A stretch of DNA of 64,000 bases from Schmidtea nova (Eukaryota): contig CM097882.1 in assembly GCA_044892505.1 (NCBI GenBank), forward strand, positions 157,790,001 through 157,854,000, in the 5' to 3' direction. The notes beneath the pieces are model-generated. The model did no database searches. It saw only the letters and a list, made by a program, of their open reading frames with translations, and was not told where the DNA came from. A program made the position numbers and the translations under genes. Shown one piece after another: positions 37,296-49,982 of the stretch (the first letter of the stretch is position 1; each line of letters begins with the position of its first letter).

Positions 37296-39984
37296 TGTTG
37301 AGGTTTCTAAACTAAAATTATAATAAATAAAGTTTTAAATGAAATTTTAAAAGGGAAATTGGATGAATCAGATAGATAGAAAGTATAATCAAGCACAAAA
37401 CTAATGACAAAGGAAACTGTGATGAAAACAGAGTTAGGATAGGATACAGTGAGATTCGAAATGCAAAATGAGAAAAAATGAATAGATAGTAATATCTAAC
37501 AAAATTGAATGTGGAAAGCGGGGCAGGTATAGATTAGTTATTGGCGAAGAACATATTGATTAGGGATCGGTCAGAAAATGTTTAGAAAGGGTCTATAAGT
37601 ATGCAAATGCATAAAAACAGAAAATCGTTAATTAATTGATTAATTGGCTAATGGAAATTTTACACACTTGATAAAGGCTGATCCGAAATATTGTGTACTT
37701 GTTTAAAAATAATTTTGATCTATAGTCTTACCATTATGGGAATTATTGATATTAATATTAGAAATATCAAAGGTGAAACAAAAAGATAATTATGTTAACC
37801 CATTAAGGACCGTTTTAAGTTAGGGTTTTATTTTGTTGTATGTCTCGATGTCTTTTAATTAGGTTTGTCATCGACTATGGAAAACCAAAAGTTCATGGAA
37901 TTCTATTCACTCTATGTGGGTCAAACTTGCTGATCTCTAATGAGATCAGTGGTCCTTTATATGCAGGAAATGGGTAGAAAGTGAAAAATATATGTTTCAC
38001 TCAATAAACATGATAAGTTTCAAAACAAGTTTGACACAAAGTTACATTGCATTTTTACAGTAGGATCGGGGTCAGTTCTCGCCTTGACATTGCCTTTGCT
38101 CTTCTCTTCTGGCCATGAAGTGACCATTGCCATCATATCTAAAATAACAAATGTCATACACATACAACATGGCAATATTGTAATGCATAAAGGAATTTCT
38201 CACCTCACTGTATTAAAATTGCTTGGTAGCTATGCCCTATCTTCACTGATGGATGTTGACATTGTTTCATGTATGCCATGGCTATAGCTCTGGTAAAATC
38301 CAGAAGTGGAGTCTTATTACTATGTACCATGTTGTGTAAATGCCAAGCATTTGTAACACACATTTGTAGAGCATTCATTACAAGTGGCCAATTGTACCTG
38401 CTACATCACCAACAATGCCTTCATCATCCATCTCATCCTCATCAGTATTTTCATCTACATTTTCTGGTGGTATAACCACAACATTACAAATATTAGCACT
38501 ATTTCCGCTGAGAATGTGATTAGCCACGTCTTTGGCAGTTCTTTTCGATAAAGTTCTCAACATCTAAAACAAAAGTAAGAAATTAATGAGGTAATTTTTT
38601 AAGAGATACTTCCTGCATGCAAATAATTCAGAGCTAAACAGTACAAAAGTATTTGCTAAGAGATATTTTAATCATTCCCAATTTGAGCCCTATTCAGAAT
38701 TAGGTCACTTTACCTTAGTGGCAAGGTTAAAAAGCTAAAAATATTGTTCATTAATAAGTAGAAGCTGTTTCTAGTTAAAAATATTTATTATTTCATAGAA
38801 CATTCAAATGGTTTTGAAGTGATCTCAAAATATGCCACTAGGTTAAAATTATTCATGCAGAAGACCAGTGATCTCAAATGAGATCACACAGCTTTGGCGG
38901 TATGAAAATACCATTTAACAAAACTACTCATGTTTCATATTTTTATTTACACTGATAATATTCTATTATCGTAAATGTTTTCGGGTTTTTATTATTTGAA
39001 ATAATTTCTGACAGATGAAAAACTTACTTGCAAAGAACAACACAGTTTTTTCAAAAAATGGCCAACTTTAAAATTGTAAAACAAAGTCAAATCATGAAAT
39101 AAAAATTTACTTTCAAGGTTAAAAAGTAAAAACTATTGTTGATCAATAAATAAAAGCTGATTAAAGTAAAAATATTCATTATTTCATAGAACACTCATAG
39201 GGTTTTAAAGTGATCTCAAAATATGCCAGTGGTCCTTAATGGATTAATTAATTAATTAATTGAATAATGGAAAATCCGATCTAATGGAGAACCCGAGATA
39301 AAAAGAAAACCCGAGCTCGGCAAACAAGGAGAGTAAAAGAATTGGATTTCGGAAAGGCCATTATCTCGTCATTATGAGTAATGGGAGTAGACAAATTGGT
39401 TTTTACGAAAGGGTAGCAGAAGGGTGTAATCAATCACTATTATTTCTCAGACGATATTCAAGAAAATCGATTTTCAACGCGTTGTCAATCAGAGAAGATT
39501 GGACCAAAACCTAATTAATCAAAATGAGTATTCTAGTATATAAGGAAACTCAGAATTGAAAACAATCGGCATTTTGCCTCAGTTAGAGAGAAGAAACCAA
39601 GATTAGATTAAATGAATCATGGTTAGAAGGAATAGGAAAGTAAAGCGATTAGTGAAGCGATCAAATAAAAAGACAAGAGAAAAAGAGTAAAGAAAATTAG
39701 AAAGAGCTGAATCAAGAGAAAACCAAATTGTTAAAAAAAGAGTTCAATCCATAGGAAGCAAATATACAAGGTGATTATTATTGATAAAGCGCACAAAGTC
39801 AAAACATCTCACAGCGGAACTCGATCAAATAATTGAGACGTTATATCATTATTGTGTAATTATTGAAGTGTAAAATATGGTAATAATTTGAAACAAATAT
39901 TACCTTTAGAGTGTTATTTGTTGATTTATAGAGCACGAGGAGTCAGAGACACCGACTAGTAGTAAAATATTAATAAACCCAACA
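37296..39984 (+). mobile_element. solo LTR (~1.1 kb net) with nested insertions
   Basis: TGTTGAGG...CCCAACA with 4-bp TSD GAGC; interrupted at ~37660 by a foldback-repeat arm and a piggyBac. Confidence 0.85.
37799..39243 (-). mobile_element. internally deleted piggyBac element
   Basis: TTAA on both sides, TIR CCCATTAAGGACC / GGTCCTTAATGGA; minus-strand remnants VVVIPPENVDENTDED (N-term), CVTNAWHLH...LLDFTRAIA and YDGNGHF...QRQC (C-term). Confidence 0.85.
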
Positions 39985-40029
39985 GAGCGTAATATTAATT
40001 TATTTTGCAAAATATTAAGTTAATCGATT

Positions 40030-40270
40030 TTTTTGGTTCTTGACTTGAACTAGTTAAGATTCTTTTGCTTTAACTTCGCAGACTGATGCTTTTCTTGTCA
40101 AATTGGAGTGGGAATAATTGGATTGCTTTTGGTTTAGGTTACTCTTTTTAAAGGAGTGAGAATTCAGTGAGAACTGCCAGTTGGTTGAAGAGGAAATAAA
40201 AATGGAGTAGTGAATGAAATGCGAAATGAAAAAAAATAAATTCAAAGTTAAAGTTAAATTAACCAAAAAC
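40030..40270 (-). mobile_element. LTR fragment of the 1.1-kb family
   Basis: Reverse complement resembles 15480-15625 (GAAGTTAAAGCAAAAGAAT...TCAAGTCAA). Confidence 0.45.
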
Positions 40271-41049
40271 ATTTAGAGAATAATCAGGTTGTCTCCCATG
40301 AGGTTAGCTATCGTGCTGTTGTTATTAGTTGAGAAGTGCAAATTGAATTTAACCCGTTCGGTGCGCAACATATTTTTGAGATTTTGTTCTCGCTGTCAGC
40401 TCATATTTCAGTGGTTGCGTGATTATTCGTGTTTATTCCACAGAATGCTAGAAACAACTAAGTGTAGGAGCCTGATCATGGTAAATATATTGAGCATTCA
40501 AATCTGCAGGATGGAACATGCTCGCAGACGCTTAAATTTATTATAACCAACAAAGCCCATTATAGGACGAATTTAGTAAAATTGATTTTTGAAATTGCTG
40601 TTGAGAATTCCTTCAAAATATCAGAATTCATTCGTATTTGTAATTTTAAAAATAAAGTTAAAGTTCTGAAGCGTTAGTTGATTTCATGACATTTCAAATT
40701 TTCATGACAATTGGTTAATCATCTAACCATATATCTAAACATTTTTTCTGAAGTGCTTATTGGTTTATGTCAATAATCATAAAGATCTGTTAACTAAAAA
40801 TAGAGTTACTAGTGTGGCGGGGAAAAATTATTATTTTAAGGAAATCTTTGGCAATTATTATTTATTAAAATTAATTAAATAATGTATAAAAATGTAATGA
40901 GAAATGAGAATTATTGATTAAGAAATATAATAATATGTTTATAAATAATTAATTAAGAAAATAAATAATAAAAATTAAGATCGATTAAAACAAAAAATTC
41001 TGATAAATAAATTTATAAATAAATTGGTTTTACGACCATCAGCTTGAAA

Positions 41050-41090
41050 CTGATTGGTCGGTGTGCTGATCTGATCAGTATAAATACTGA
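41050..41090 (+). promoter_or_regulatory. LTR promoter, copy C
   Basis: CTGATTGG followed by TCAGTA-TAAA-TACTGA (TATA inside an inverted repeat). Confidence 0.7.
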
Positions 41091-42493
41091 ACCAGAATCT
41101 GATAATTTTAATGCATGATTTTTGTATAAGTCAGTTGAACTTAAATTTGGATCAGAAATTTCACTGAAACTATCTTGAAAGGTATGACTGATTTTATTTT
41201 TTTGGTAAATTTTGGTAGTTTATGTTATTATGATTTCTGTCAAATTGTTTCATAGTTAATAATATTTCTTGAAAATTTAAATGTTTATGATTATTTTTTA
41301 TAATATATAATTAGCTTGTGCTCCTTCCACTGTGTAATCGGTGGAAGGAGGCGACCCTAGTAGGGGTATCTAAGATGCCGCGTGGAGGGTTAGCCATCTT
41401 CGTAGTACTCGGTGCTACGAAGACGGTAGGGAATTGATGTTAAATTTTTGTTATTAATGCTGGCAACTATAGCCAGATTACTAATATTCTTACATTGTTA
41501 AATACTTCTATATAGTATGATTAGATAAATTTCATTGTTCACTACTATCAAGATTTATTCTGAACAACATAACATTTATTTGGATATTGCACATTGTGGG
41601 GTTTGCGCACGAGGATACCAAAAACTCTGTAAATATCTGATAGAGATTCCACAAATAGTTAGGATAGACGACATTCGATTCAATCTAATTGATCACGATT
41701 TTTGAGTACCTATTTTCAAGGCGCGTGTTGACGCTTATTTCCAAATTGTGATGTTAATAACAGATTAAGTATTCCAAATCGAGAGAATTAATGATGAGAC
41801 AGAAATTTCTTTTGCGGTACTATACTACATAAATAGATTGAGAATTGCAATTGACTATCATTCTAAACAATTGGGATAGATCGAGGAAACCTACATAATC
41901 CCTTACTCGTTGCGACATTGAGGGGTATCACATACATAAATCGATTACGTAAATCCAGATTTTTTATTTAAATTCAATTCTGATGGCAAGCGCGGATCTA
42001 GACGCTGTGTGGTAAATATCGTGACTGAAATAGCAAGATCAGTGTAGGTATTTGAAGCGGCCTACTCTGATGCATAGTAAATTGCTGATAGAACATTTAT
42101 TGAATTTGATCGACCACAAATATGAATGAAATTAAATGATTATCCTGATCCCTGTATATAGAGCAGAAGATCTCATTTTATAAATACAAATTATCCTAAT
42201 TGCTGTAGATAGCACAGGTATAAATAAATAAAACTAAATGAATTAAACTGATCACTGTACATAGCGACAGTGTTTAAAGAAATTTTTTATGTCTATTTTT
42301 CTTCTCTCATTTCCAACTTTCCATATAATAATTACGAGAGAATCATCATTCAAACGATGGCATAAAGTCTGTCGGGGTTATAAGATGGATTATCGAGTCA
42401 AAGTAATTCATAAAGAAATCTTAGCAACATTCATTTATCAATCATTTATTGTGAAATTTAAACAAGAAATAATAACTATTGATTTTCAGAACT

Positions 42494-43069
42494 ATGTTGT
42501 CAAATAACTCAAGCTCGCAAACTGAATTAGATAAGGCTTGGCTATTCATTCACAGCCTAGAGAAGGAAATCAATCTAACCAAAGAAAAGCTAAAAAATTC
42601 TGAAACAACAAATTCACATCTTCGCAAAAGCTGGTTTAGTCCAGAACAAATGAAAAGTCAACTTATAAAAAATCAACGCGCCCAACGAGCCGGAGAAGAG
42701 TACCGCATCGAGCTCGAAGTAACGAAAATAGAATTAAGGAAATGTCTGCGCTCGGTGACGACGTCATTCATTGACACTGAGTTGAAGAATCTAATACGGC
42801 CAGTTACTTATCAACGCTGGTCGGAAGAAAAAGCTGGATGTTCTATAGAAACTAATACCGAAGGGTTTCCGCAAATCCCTGAGGTTATAACAACAACAGC
42901 ACCGAAAATCTCATCTGCAATTGAAATTAAGAAAAACAAGAAAAACAAAATGGGCTCACGCCAAAGGAAGTGGAAAAAACAATTCGCTCAACAGAGAATC
43001 CATCACAATGATGAAATTCCAGAAATCGATCTGACGACAGATTTCATGACATGGGATGAGGATTTTTGA
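42494..43069 (+). CDS. LTR-borne ORF2 (intact)
   Basis: Acceptor GATTTTCAG ends at 42489, ATG at 42494; WFSPEQMK, LRKCLRSVT, LIRPVTYQRW, KNKMGSRQRKWKK. Confidence 0.8.
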   Translation: MLSNNSSSQTELDKAWLFIHSLEKEINLTKEKLKNSETTNSHLRKSWFSPEQMKSQLIKNQRAQRAGEEYRIELEVTKIELRKCLRSVTTSFIDTELKNLIRPVTYQRWSEEKAGCSIETNTEGFPQIPEVITTTAPKISSAIEIKKNKKNKMGSRQRKWKKQFAQQRIHHNDEIPEIDLTTDFMTWDEDF

Positions 43070-43383
43070 AATTTTTTGATTAAATTACTGAAGTTAAAGT
43101 CTTATTAGTTTGTACAAATATAGTTTTATTATTTTCTTTAATTAAATTTTTGTAAAGTAAAGTAGTTTAAAGAAAATTTATTATTAAATGTCGAACGGAA
43201 TTAATCAAGTATAATTTATGTTAGAAGGGTATTCATAAAATTTAAGAAACGATCAACATTAGGATTTAAAGTAGAATATATAATAATTATTCGAATTAAC
43301 TGTTGATATTGTAAGAAGGGGCAGGAATAATAAAATGAAAGATAATGAATTCAGATAAAGTAAAGTGAAAGTAAAGCGTAAGT

Positions 43384-43567
43384 CCTTCTATCGGCAGCGA
43401 CGAACCCGCGAACATAAATGGGGAGTAGTTCTAGAAATAGGGCTCCCCTGCCCATCATTGTTAAAACACCTTACACATTTTCAACTCGACTATCCAGGGA
43501 AATAGTCGAGGGTGCTTGTGTGTCACGTAAGCATTTTATGTTTGGTCGTGGATGGAGGCATCCCTAG
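43384..43567 (+). ncRNA. conserved pseudoknotted cis-RNA element, copy C
   Basis: CCTTCTATCGGCAG...CTGCC, GGGGAG/CTCCCC, CTCGACTAT/ATAGTCGAG hairpin with loop AGGGA complementary to downstream TCCCT. Confidence 0.7.
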
Positions 43568-43899
43568 AGCATGTTTTCTGTTTAATTTTAACCCATCCAT
43601 GACCACAACAGTATTCTAGGTTATTATATTTTGATAAATAAATTCTTAGTTTTATCCTCAAATTATTAATTTTATAATAAATTATAAACTTGGCAATCCA
43701 CTGTTATTAAAAAAAGCTAGCGGCAACTTTTCTCTAATCTTATTCAGCCTAACCTAGCCAAATCAAGCTCAAATCTACTTCTTACACTCATTTCTCATCT
43801 TATTTAAATTCGAAATCGTCATTCATCATTACTTGCTAAAGCTGGGAAATTAAAATCTTGTATAAATTTGTCTAATTCATTATCAGCGTAATTGCCTTA

Positions 43900-44280
43900 G
43901 TCCGAGGTGACTAACCCTGACCCGCGGGCCGCACACTTTAACAAAATATATTTATTTTATAATGTCCTGGGTAATTTAAACATTCTAATTATATCAATAA
44001 ACAAACATTTTTATTGTATTGTCGGTAATATGAAGTATGAATGCAAAGAAAAGAAGAATAGTAGACAAAACAGTATCATTATTATTATATTAACTATGTT
44101 TAAATGTAAGAATAATAATAAACACAATAATAAAAACTCATTATGTTTTAATTTTCACTCCAAAAAATGTTTACAGTGTATATAAATCTAATCTGGGGAT
44201 ATATAATTTTATATGTGGCCCGCGGAGTTATGATGCATTTCCAAAGTGGCGCGCGAGATCGTTTGAGTTGGCCAACCCTG
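43900..44280. mobile_element. hAT-like MITE
   Basis: Left CCGAGGTGACTAACC...CCGCGGGCCGCA; right GTGGCCCGCGG...TTGGCCAACCCTG. Confidence 0.5.
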
Positions 44281-44329
44281 ACCTATGTATTTGTTCATTG
44301 TGGAATTCAATATAATTCGAGAATATTTC

Positions 44330-46290
44330 TTTGAAAATGACATTCAATATAAAAACTTTGGTAGAATTTCTGACAAGGTTTCTTTGATTCATTATATCAT
44401 TCATAAAAAATTTATTCTATCCATTGTTTTTGCCCTAGATTCTGCAACATAACGTTCACCACAACCAAAGGCATGTTGAAAACTTCTTCACCATTTTTGG
44501 CTCCTCCAATAATCGTCAAAACTAACACATTGTCCAATAATTTGATAATTCTTAATCTTGTTCCATTGCCTAAACCTTCCTTCAGATTGATGTTTCGTAA
44601 AAGCATGACAATACAACTAACTCTAAGTGGTAGTTTATGAGACGGCATACCACTTGGAGTAAAGTGTTTGCAAAAATTCTAAAGAATAGAGTCTCAAGAT
44701 ATCTTCATTGTCACAAATTCCTGAATCGCTACTGTAATAAGATTTCTTTTCTCCATGCATCAGCTTTATAATTTCTTCGTTGTATTCAAAAGCATCTTCA
44801 TTTCTTGTACGGATGTAAATTGGTTTATATCACCACCATAAATCTCTGCAATAAGTGATTTTTTAGCTAGACCTTGCTGAGGAATTTCATTTATATCTTC
44901 CTGTAATCCATCATTGTTTAATTTTTCACCATTACCAATTTTCAATAGAAATTCAGGACCCTCATTTGCTCCTTTATTTGCTGCACTGTCGAAGTTTCAA
45001 AGTCTCTCCAGAGTGATGAATATTCCAGAGTGCATTCCAATATTTTATTCTGCTTGCATTCTTCACAACTGGTAAGCACTGTCACCAATCACCATCAATC
45101 ACTTTAACCTTTCCTCCAAACGACTTTGTTTTGAGTTTGTTATCAATACTGTCCATTAGGTCTTTTAATATTCTACCAATCGCTTTTAATGCATGCTTTG
45201 ATGCCATTGGGCCTTCGTCTACGATAATGAAACTGGTAGCACCGCGAACATGATTCGACAATAATATAATGTTAAACTTGACTCTTTGTGATGGGCACAC
45301 TGGATACATTCATGGAACTAAAAATCTTTTTGCATTTACTCTCTTCACCCATCCTGTTTGTTTATCTGCAAATTTGTAGTGAAGTAGAATTTCTACTATC
45401 GTCTCGATCTTTACTGTTTAATTCAAAACATTGAGTAAGTGTCGTTAAGTAAGGGATTCCTGCTCCTCTGATAACTTCATTAGCTGTTGTCAAGGCAACG
45501 GTTTGCTTATTTTCTTCATGAACTGCAAGTTTCATGTTATTATTGCTGATTGATCATGGATTTCCAATTCCAACAAACGAAATACAACTTCGGGTGCACA
45601 ACAAAATTGCCAATTTCACTATAGCCACTTTGTGGAACATTGTTTCTCATCTTAACGGATATTAAATCAGTATTATTTCCTATTTAGATGTAATTGCATG
45701 TATTAAATTGATGGAACAGCAACCTTCAACGTAGAAGCGACAATCGAATTTCTTCAAAAGATAGGCAGTGGAATTACCCTTTGATTGTCAACTAATCGCC
45801 ATCCACTTTCCACAGATCTTATTTCTGATCGTTTATGAGCCGAATCGCCATTCATTTTTACTTCAGTGAATGTTGTTTTGGAATTTGTTCTTACTTTCCT
45901 TTAGACATGCATGGAAAATTTGCATTTACTTCACCACATGGTCCATCTATCATAAATTAAGTTAAGAATGCAAATAATTCTGACTTTTCTGCCTCCGAAA
46001 ATATCTCTGCTGATATAAATTTATCAATAACTTCATTATAATAAATTCTATCTTAATCTTTAAGTGTCAAATGGTTATGTGAATGCGGCAGACCACACTT
46101 TTGAGATTAAATGACAGATCTCCATGACTTACATTTTCCAAATATTTCCCTCTTTCTATAAGATTATTGATAAGTTCTTCCAACTTTAACTTCAAAATCC
46201 TTGCCACTAAATCATGTCGATCATGAGGTGCTTCCCCAAAAAATTAGTTGTCATTGACTTTAGTTATAAATAGAGTTAAATCATCCTTCT
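44330..46290 (-). pseudogene. Helitron Rep-Pif1 helicase remnant
   Basis: PHDRHDLVARILKLKL and QKCGLPHSH (Rep); IIVDEGPMASKHAL...FGGK..GDW and PSHKLPLRV..IVMLLRNINLKEGLGNGTRL (Pif1); frameshifted. Confidence 0.85.
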
Positions 46291-46303
46291 GTAACATATC
46301 AGC

Positions 46304-47902
46304 CAAGGGTGTCAAACTTATAGGCTTACATGGGCCAAACAAACAAGGTTTAAAGTTAGGTGGGCCGTAAAAAAATCAATATTCATAGAAACGTAGATTT
46401 ATCTTGAATAATACATTATAATAAACATATGCAAAAAAACAAGAGAAATGTAATATTTACGTCCTGAAACTTGACATCTCTTCTCTGCTTCTATTTTTCC
46501 AATTTCGGGATAAACTTTATTCGCAGTTGTTGAGGATACCTAAAATACAAAATAATATAAAAATAATAAAATTACCTGGGAAAAATCATCATGACGAAGG
46601 AGACGGTCAATGGAAACACAGAAAAGAAAACGGAAATAAAAAGAAATGAGAAATGAGAAAGAGGAATCAGACAAAAGAAATCAGAAAAAAGAAATCAGAC
46701 AAAAGAAATCAGACATGAAAACAAAAACATAGGTCGGCACTAATTAATTAGTACAAAAGGAAAAGGAATTTCAAATTGGGAAAAACAAAAATAACAATAA
46801 TGAATTTATCTCGACAGCTTGTCAGAGATAACGAAAACGAAAAGAAAACACGCCGGAGCGGCAAAAAGGAAAAAAAATTAGCCCGAGTGCCGAGCTGTTA
46901 AAGACAGCATGGGAGTTCTAAAGAATATGGAAAATATGAGATGCAGAAATGGAAAAAAAGAAAAGAAGCGAGTTGTCCCGAGTGCCGAATTTTCAAGGGC
47001 AATGTGGGAGTCGTAGAGAGAAAATGGGAAATGCCAAAGACGGGAGTGGCAAAGGCGAAAAAGCCATAAGTGAAGGACGATGGTGAACTATAAAAGGCGA
47101 AAGCAATCGGAACAAAATCAGAAGTAAAATCGGAGAAGTAAAATTGAAGAAGCAAAGTGGAAATGAAATTAGCGAAGAAAATAGAGAATTCGAGTTGTAA
47201 TTGAGACGAAAAGTGAGTGCGTAAAATTAGAAAACTATAAAAGATTTAAATTGTATTTTGGAGAACCAAGATCGAAACAATTTAATTGATTGAATAAAAA
47301 GAGTCAGAGCGGTTAACAACGAATAAAGTCAGAGTGCGGAAACAATCGAAATCAATTACCAATATTAAATCCAATCAGTGGTTAGACGTTGTTGTTTTCT
47401 AGACATTATACAATTGAGCTATTCTTCACGAAGTGTCATAATAAGCGTGTATAATTGTCGAAAGAGGTGTTGAAATGAGCGTGATATTTTGAATCATGTA
47501 AATCATTGTAATAGTCAAATAAAGTTTGTGTTATTGAAAGTGTTGTTGGGGTCAATGAAAAGCATCTTTAGAGTAAGATATTTGATTGGCAACGTTTACC
47601 ATTTCACCAACAACTCCAGAACCCAACACAGTGATGACAGTCAGTAGCCTAACTTTTGACATATTTTAGATAATATTTATGCTTAAATACCGTATTTACT
47701 TAATTGTGGTATATTCAAAATAAATGTACGCATTTTGTTTAATAATTGCAAAAAATAAAGTATAAATAATAAATGTTTAGCGAATTCTATCTATATAATT
47801 TTTTTCTGCGTCGGTTTGTTATTTTATTATATATTATTGTGTGCCGATAATATGGCCGGGACCAAAATGGTTCATTGCAGGCCGTGAGTTTGACCTCCCC
47901 TG
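46304..47902. mobile_element. hAT (Charlie-like) MITE split by a solo LTR
   Basis: TIR CAAGGGTGTCAAACT / AGTTTGACCTCCCCTG with GGGCC subterminal motifs; TSD not matched. Confidence 0.55.
46528..47628 (+). mobile_element. solo LTR, 1101 bp
   Basis: TGTTGAGG...CCCAACA with perfect TSD CAGT; close relative of 14812-15914. Confidence 0.9.
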
Positions 47903-48116
47903 AGCTAAACCATTTTGTCGTAGCTCCTCAAAATATTTTTGCTTCCACAGAAGATTGACGAAAATAACTCTTTTGCCAGGTTCCATTGCCCTATTTTGAA
48001 CCTAGTTCTCTACAAAATTCATAAGTTCATCATATCTGCTGGGATTATGGGTGGGTTTTAAGTAATTCAGATAAATAGTTAATCATTAATTGAACGACTA
48101 CTGATGAGTACGTATA

Positions 48117-48296
48117 CTAGGGATTCCACGCCCATAACCATACATAACATGACTACTACACGCGTATGCCCTTGACTATTCCCTACTAGTCAAGTTGGTA
48201 CTGCATACGGTGGTGGAAAAATGATGGGCAGGTGAGCTTTGTTGCCAAAACTACTCCCCATTTATCTTCCCTCGGGTCCTTGCTGCCGATAGAAGG
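48117..48296 (-). ncRNA. conserved pseudoknotted cis-RNA element, copy D
   Basis: CGTATGC/GCATACG and CTTGACTA/TAGTCAAG stems; loop TAGGGA pairs with downstream TCCCTA. Confidence 0.7.
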
Positions 48297-48594
48297 TCTT
48301 ACGCATTTACATTCTAGGGATGTTCGCCCTACTGAATTTTGTACTACATATCCTTATGATCTATCATACGCTTTTCCCAATGACTTTCTTTAATTGATCT
48401 ACAATGTAATTAATCAGTCCCTGCGTAGAAACGGTCGGTTTGAGAAAATTTCGGGTGCGATTTTTTATTTCGATGATTTCATTGTTGTTATTTTATTTTA
48501 TTTAGTAACATCACCCGATGAGAGACAAAATTTACACAGAAAATACTTTTATTAAAATACTAAAATCAGGTTGTTATTTTACATAGATATTTTC

Positions 48595-49179
48595 CTAAGC
48601 GAATTCCAGACTGATCTCCTGAATCAACTCCGCTTCGGTTAAGGAGTTCAAGTGGTGGATTTGTTCGTCCAGGCGCTTTGCAAATTCTCGGCGACGACGA
48701 CGCTGTCGCGATCCCATTCGGTGTTTTCGAAGCTGTTGGTTTATGACCGGTGCTGACGCTATTGTTCTCGGGGGATCACTGAGAAAAATAGACAAGTCTT
48801 CCGTTGCGAGAGTGGGGGCCATGATGATTTCCTCTTCCGTCCCGCAAGCGACATCTTGGTGAGTGCATTGTATCCAGCGCTGAGCCGTGATCGGCCGGAT
48901 TAGCGCTCGTAATTCGGAGTCGATGTAACTTCTTGTTACTGCATTTAGGCAGTTTCGGAGTTCCCGCTGGACGGCATCTAGTTCCAATTTGGTTGCGGCC
49001 AGTGCTTCCTGCATCCGCTCAAGTTTTTTCGACTGGTCCTTCATTTGTTCGGGTGAGAACCACTTCGCTCTCAATTCATCATTGGCGACCGTGAGTCGCT
49101 TGATCTGTCGCTGCTGGTCCCTCAACTTCCTTTCTTGGATTTGTCCCATGATTTTCTTAGAATTTTCTGAAGTCGGCAT
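48595..49179 (-). CDS. LTR-borne ORF2 (intact, MPTSENS...)
   Basis: First ATG at 49179, 5 nt after acceptor ATATTCAG; WFSPEQMK, LRNCLNAVT, LIRPITAQRW, KHRMGSRQRRRRREF. Confidence 0.82.
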   Translation of the reverse strand: MPTSENSKKIMGQIQERKLRDQQRQIKRLTVANDELRAKWFSPEQMKDQSKKLERMQEALAATKLELDAVQRELRNCLNAVTRSYIDSELRALIRPITAQRWIQCTHQDVACGTEEEIIMAPTLATEDLSIFLSDPPRTIASAPVINQQLRKHRMGSRQRRRRREFAKRLDEQIHHLNSLTEAELIQEISLEFA

Positions 49180-49505
49180 GTTGTCTGAATATGATAACGA
49201 TAAATTCGCTGGAGGACCTATCACCAATGTTATTTTATTTAAACAACTATTTATTATTATTAAACGAGTTACATACTAATGTTTTTAATTATTGAGTTCT
49301 TTGCAAAATTATTTAACTACCTAATTATTGAAGGCTCAAAAAATTTATTGAACTAATTTGAGATTATTAAATGAAATTCCTAATGACTATAACAACTACA
49401 ATACTAAATATTAATAAATCTACATTACAACACTATTAACAAAATGAACATTTCAGATTTCTTTAAAACATTTATTTAATTTAGAACAGGTGGCCATTGA
49501 TGTAA

Positions 49506-49982
49506 CTAGTTATCTTCGGTCATTTTTCCTCGATACGAAAATATCGATCTGATTTGCAAATTTGTATGGATTCCTGTGCTATTGGACGAGGCCTGCTGAA
49601 AACGGGTTCTCTCCGCTTCTCGAAGGGGTCGTATGGCTGTATTGAACTTGAACCCCAATTCCTTGAAGGTAGAGGCTGGAATGAACCCCCAATAAATGAC
49701 ACATTTCGGGAATCCTCCCTTATCCAACATCAGAACGAACCAGGCGGCGTGCCATGATTCGAATTCCTCGTCTGGAATGATTGGCCAACTAGCGCATCCC
49801 CGGTACCATACGTGATGCCGTGGATGGTCCCATACCGTAAATGGACAGGCGATTTCGAGCTCTCGGCGCCATGCCCACATTTTTTGATGGATTTGCTGTA
49901 AAATCTCGAAAGGTGCCGGCTTTAATGGGCTAACTCGGGCTCGTTCTTGTCGTTTTTTGATAGTGTATCTATGCTTAGTCAT
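49506..49982 (-). CDS. LTR-borne ORF1 (158 aa)
   Basis: WYRGCASWP...WFVLMLDKGGFPKCVI resembles the copy A/B ORF1 core; acceptor AAATTCAG ~15 nt before ATG. Confidence 0.62.
   Translation of the reverse strand: MTKHRYTIKKRQERARVSPLKPAPFEILQQIHQKMWAWRRELEIACPFTVWDHPRHHVWYRGCASWPIIPDEEFESWHAAWFVLMLDKGGFPKCVIYWGFIPASTFKELGFKFNTAIRPLREAERTRFQQASSNSTGIHTNLQIRSIFSYRGKMTEDN

Larger units (their letters stand above)
40600..43610 (+). mobile_element. solo ~3-kb LTR (copy C) carrying ORF2
   Basis: Promoter 41050-41090, donor AAG|GTATGA at 41182, hairpins 41321-41426, ORF2, structured RNA, end ACCCATCCATGACCACAACA; 5' end uncertain (TGTTG at 40599 or TGTGG at 40813); no clean TSD. Confidence 0.7.

Noticed and set aside
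40289-40546. Possible coding remnant
   Set aside because: No recognisable motif in any frame.
41700-42480. ORF1 equivalent in LTR copy C
   Set aside because: Only short frames, without the WxGxxxW/PRWI core; decayed or replaced.
48101-48125. CTGATGAG as a hammerhead ribozyme core
   Set aside because: No stem II followed by GAAA, and the motif is absent from the other three copies.
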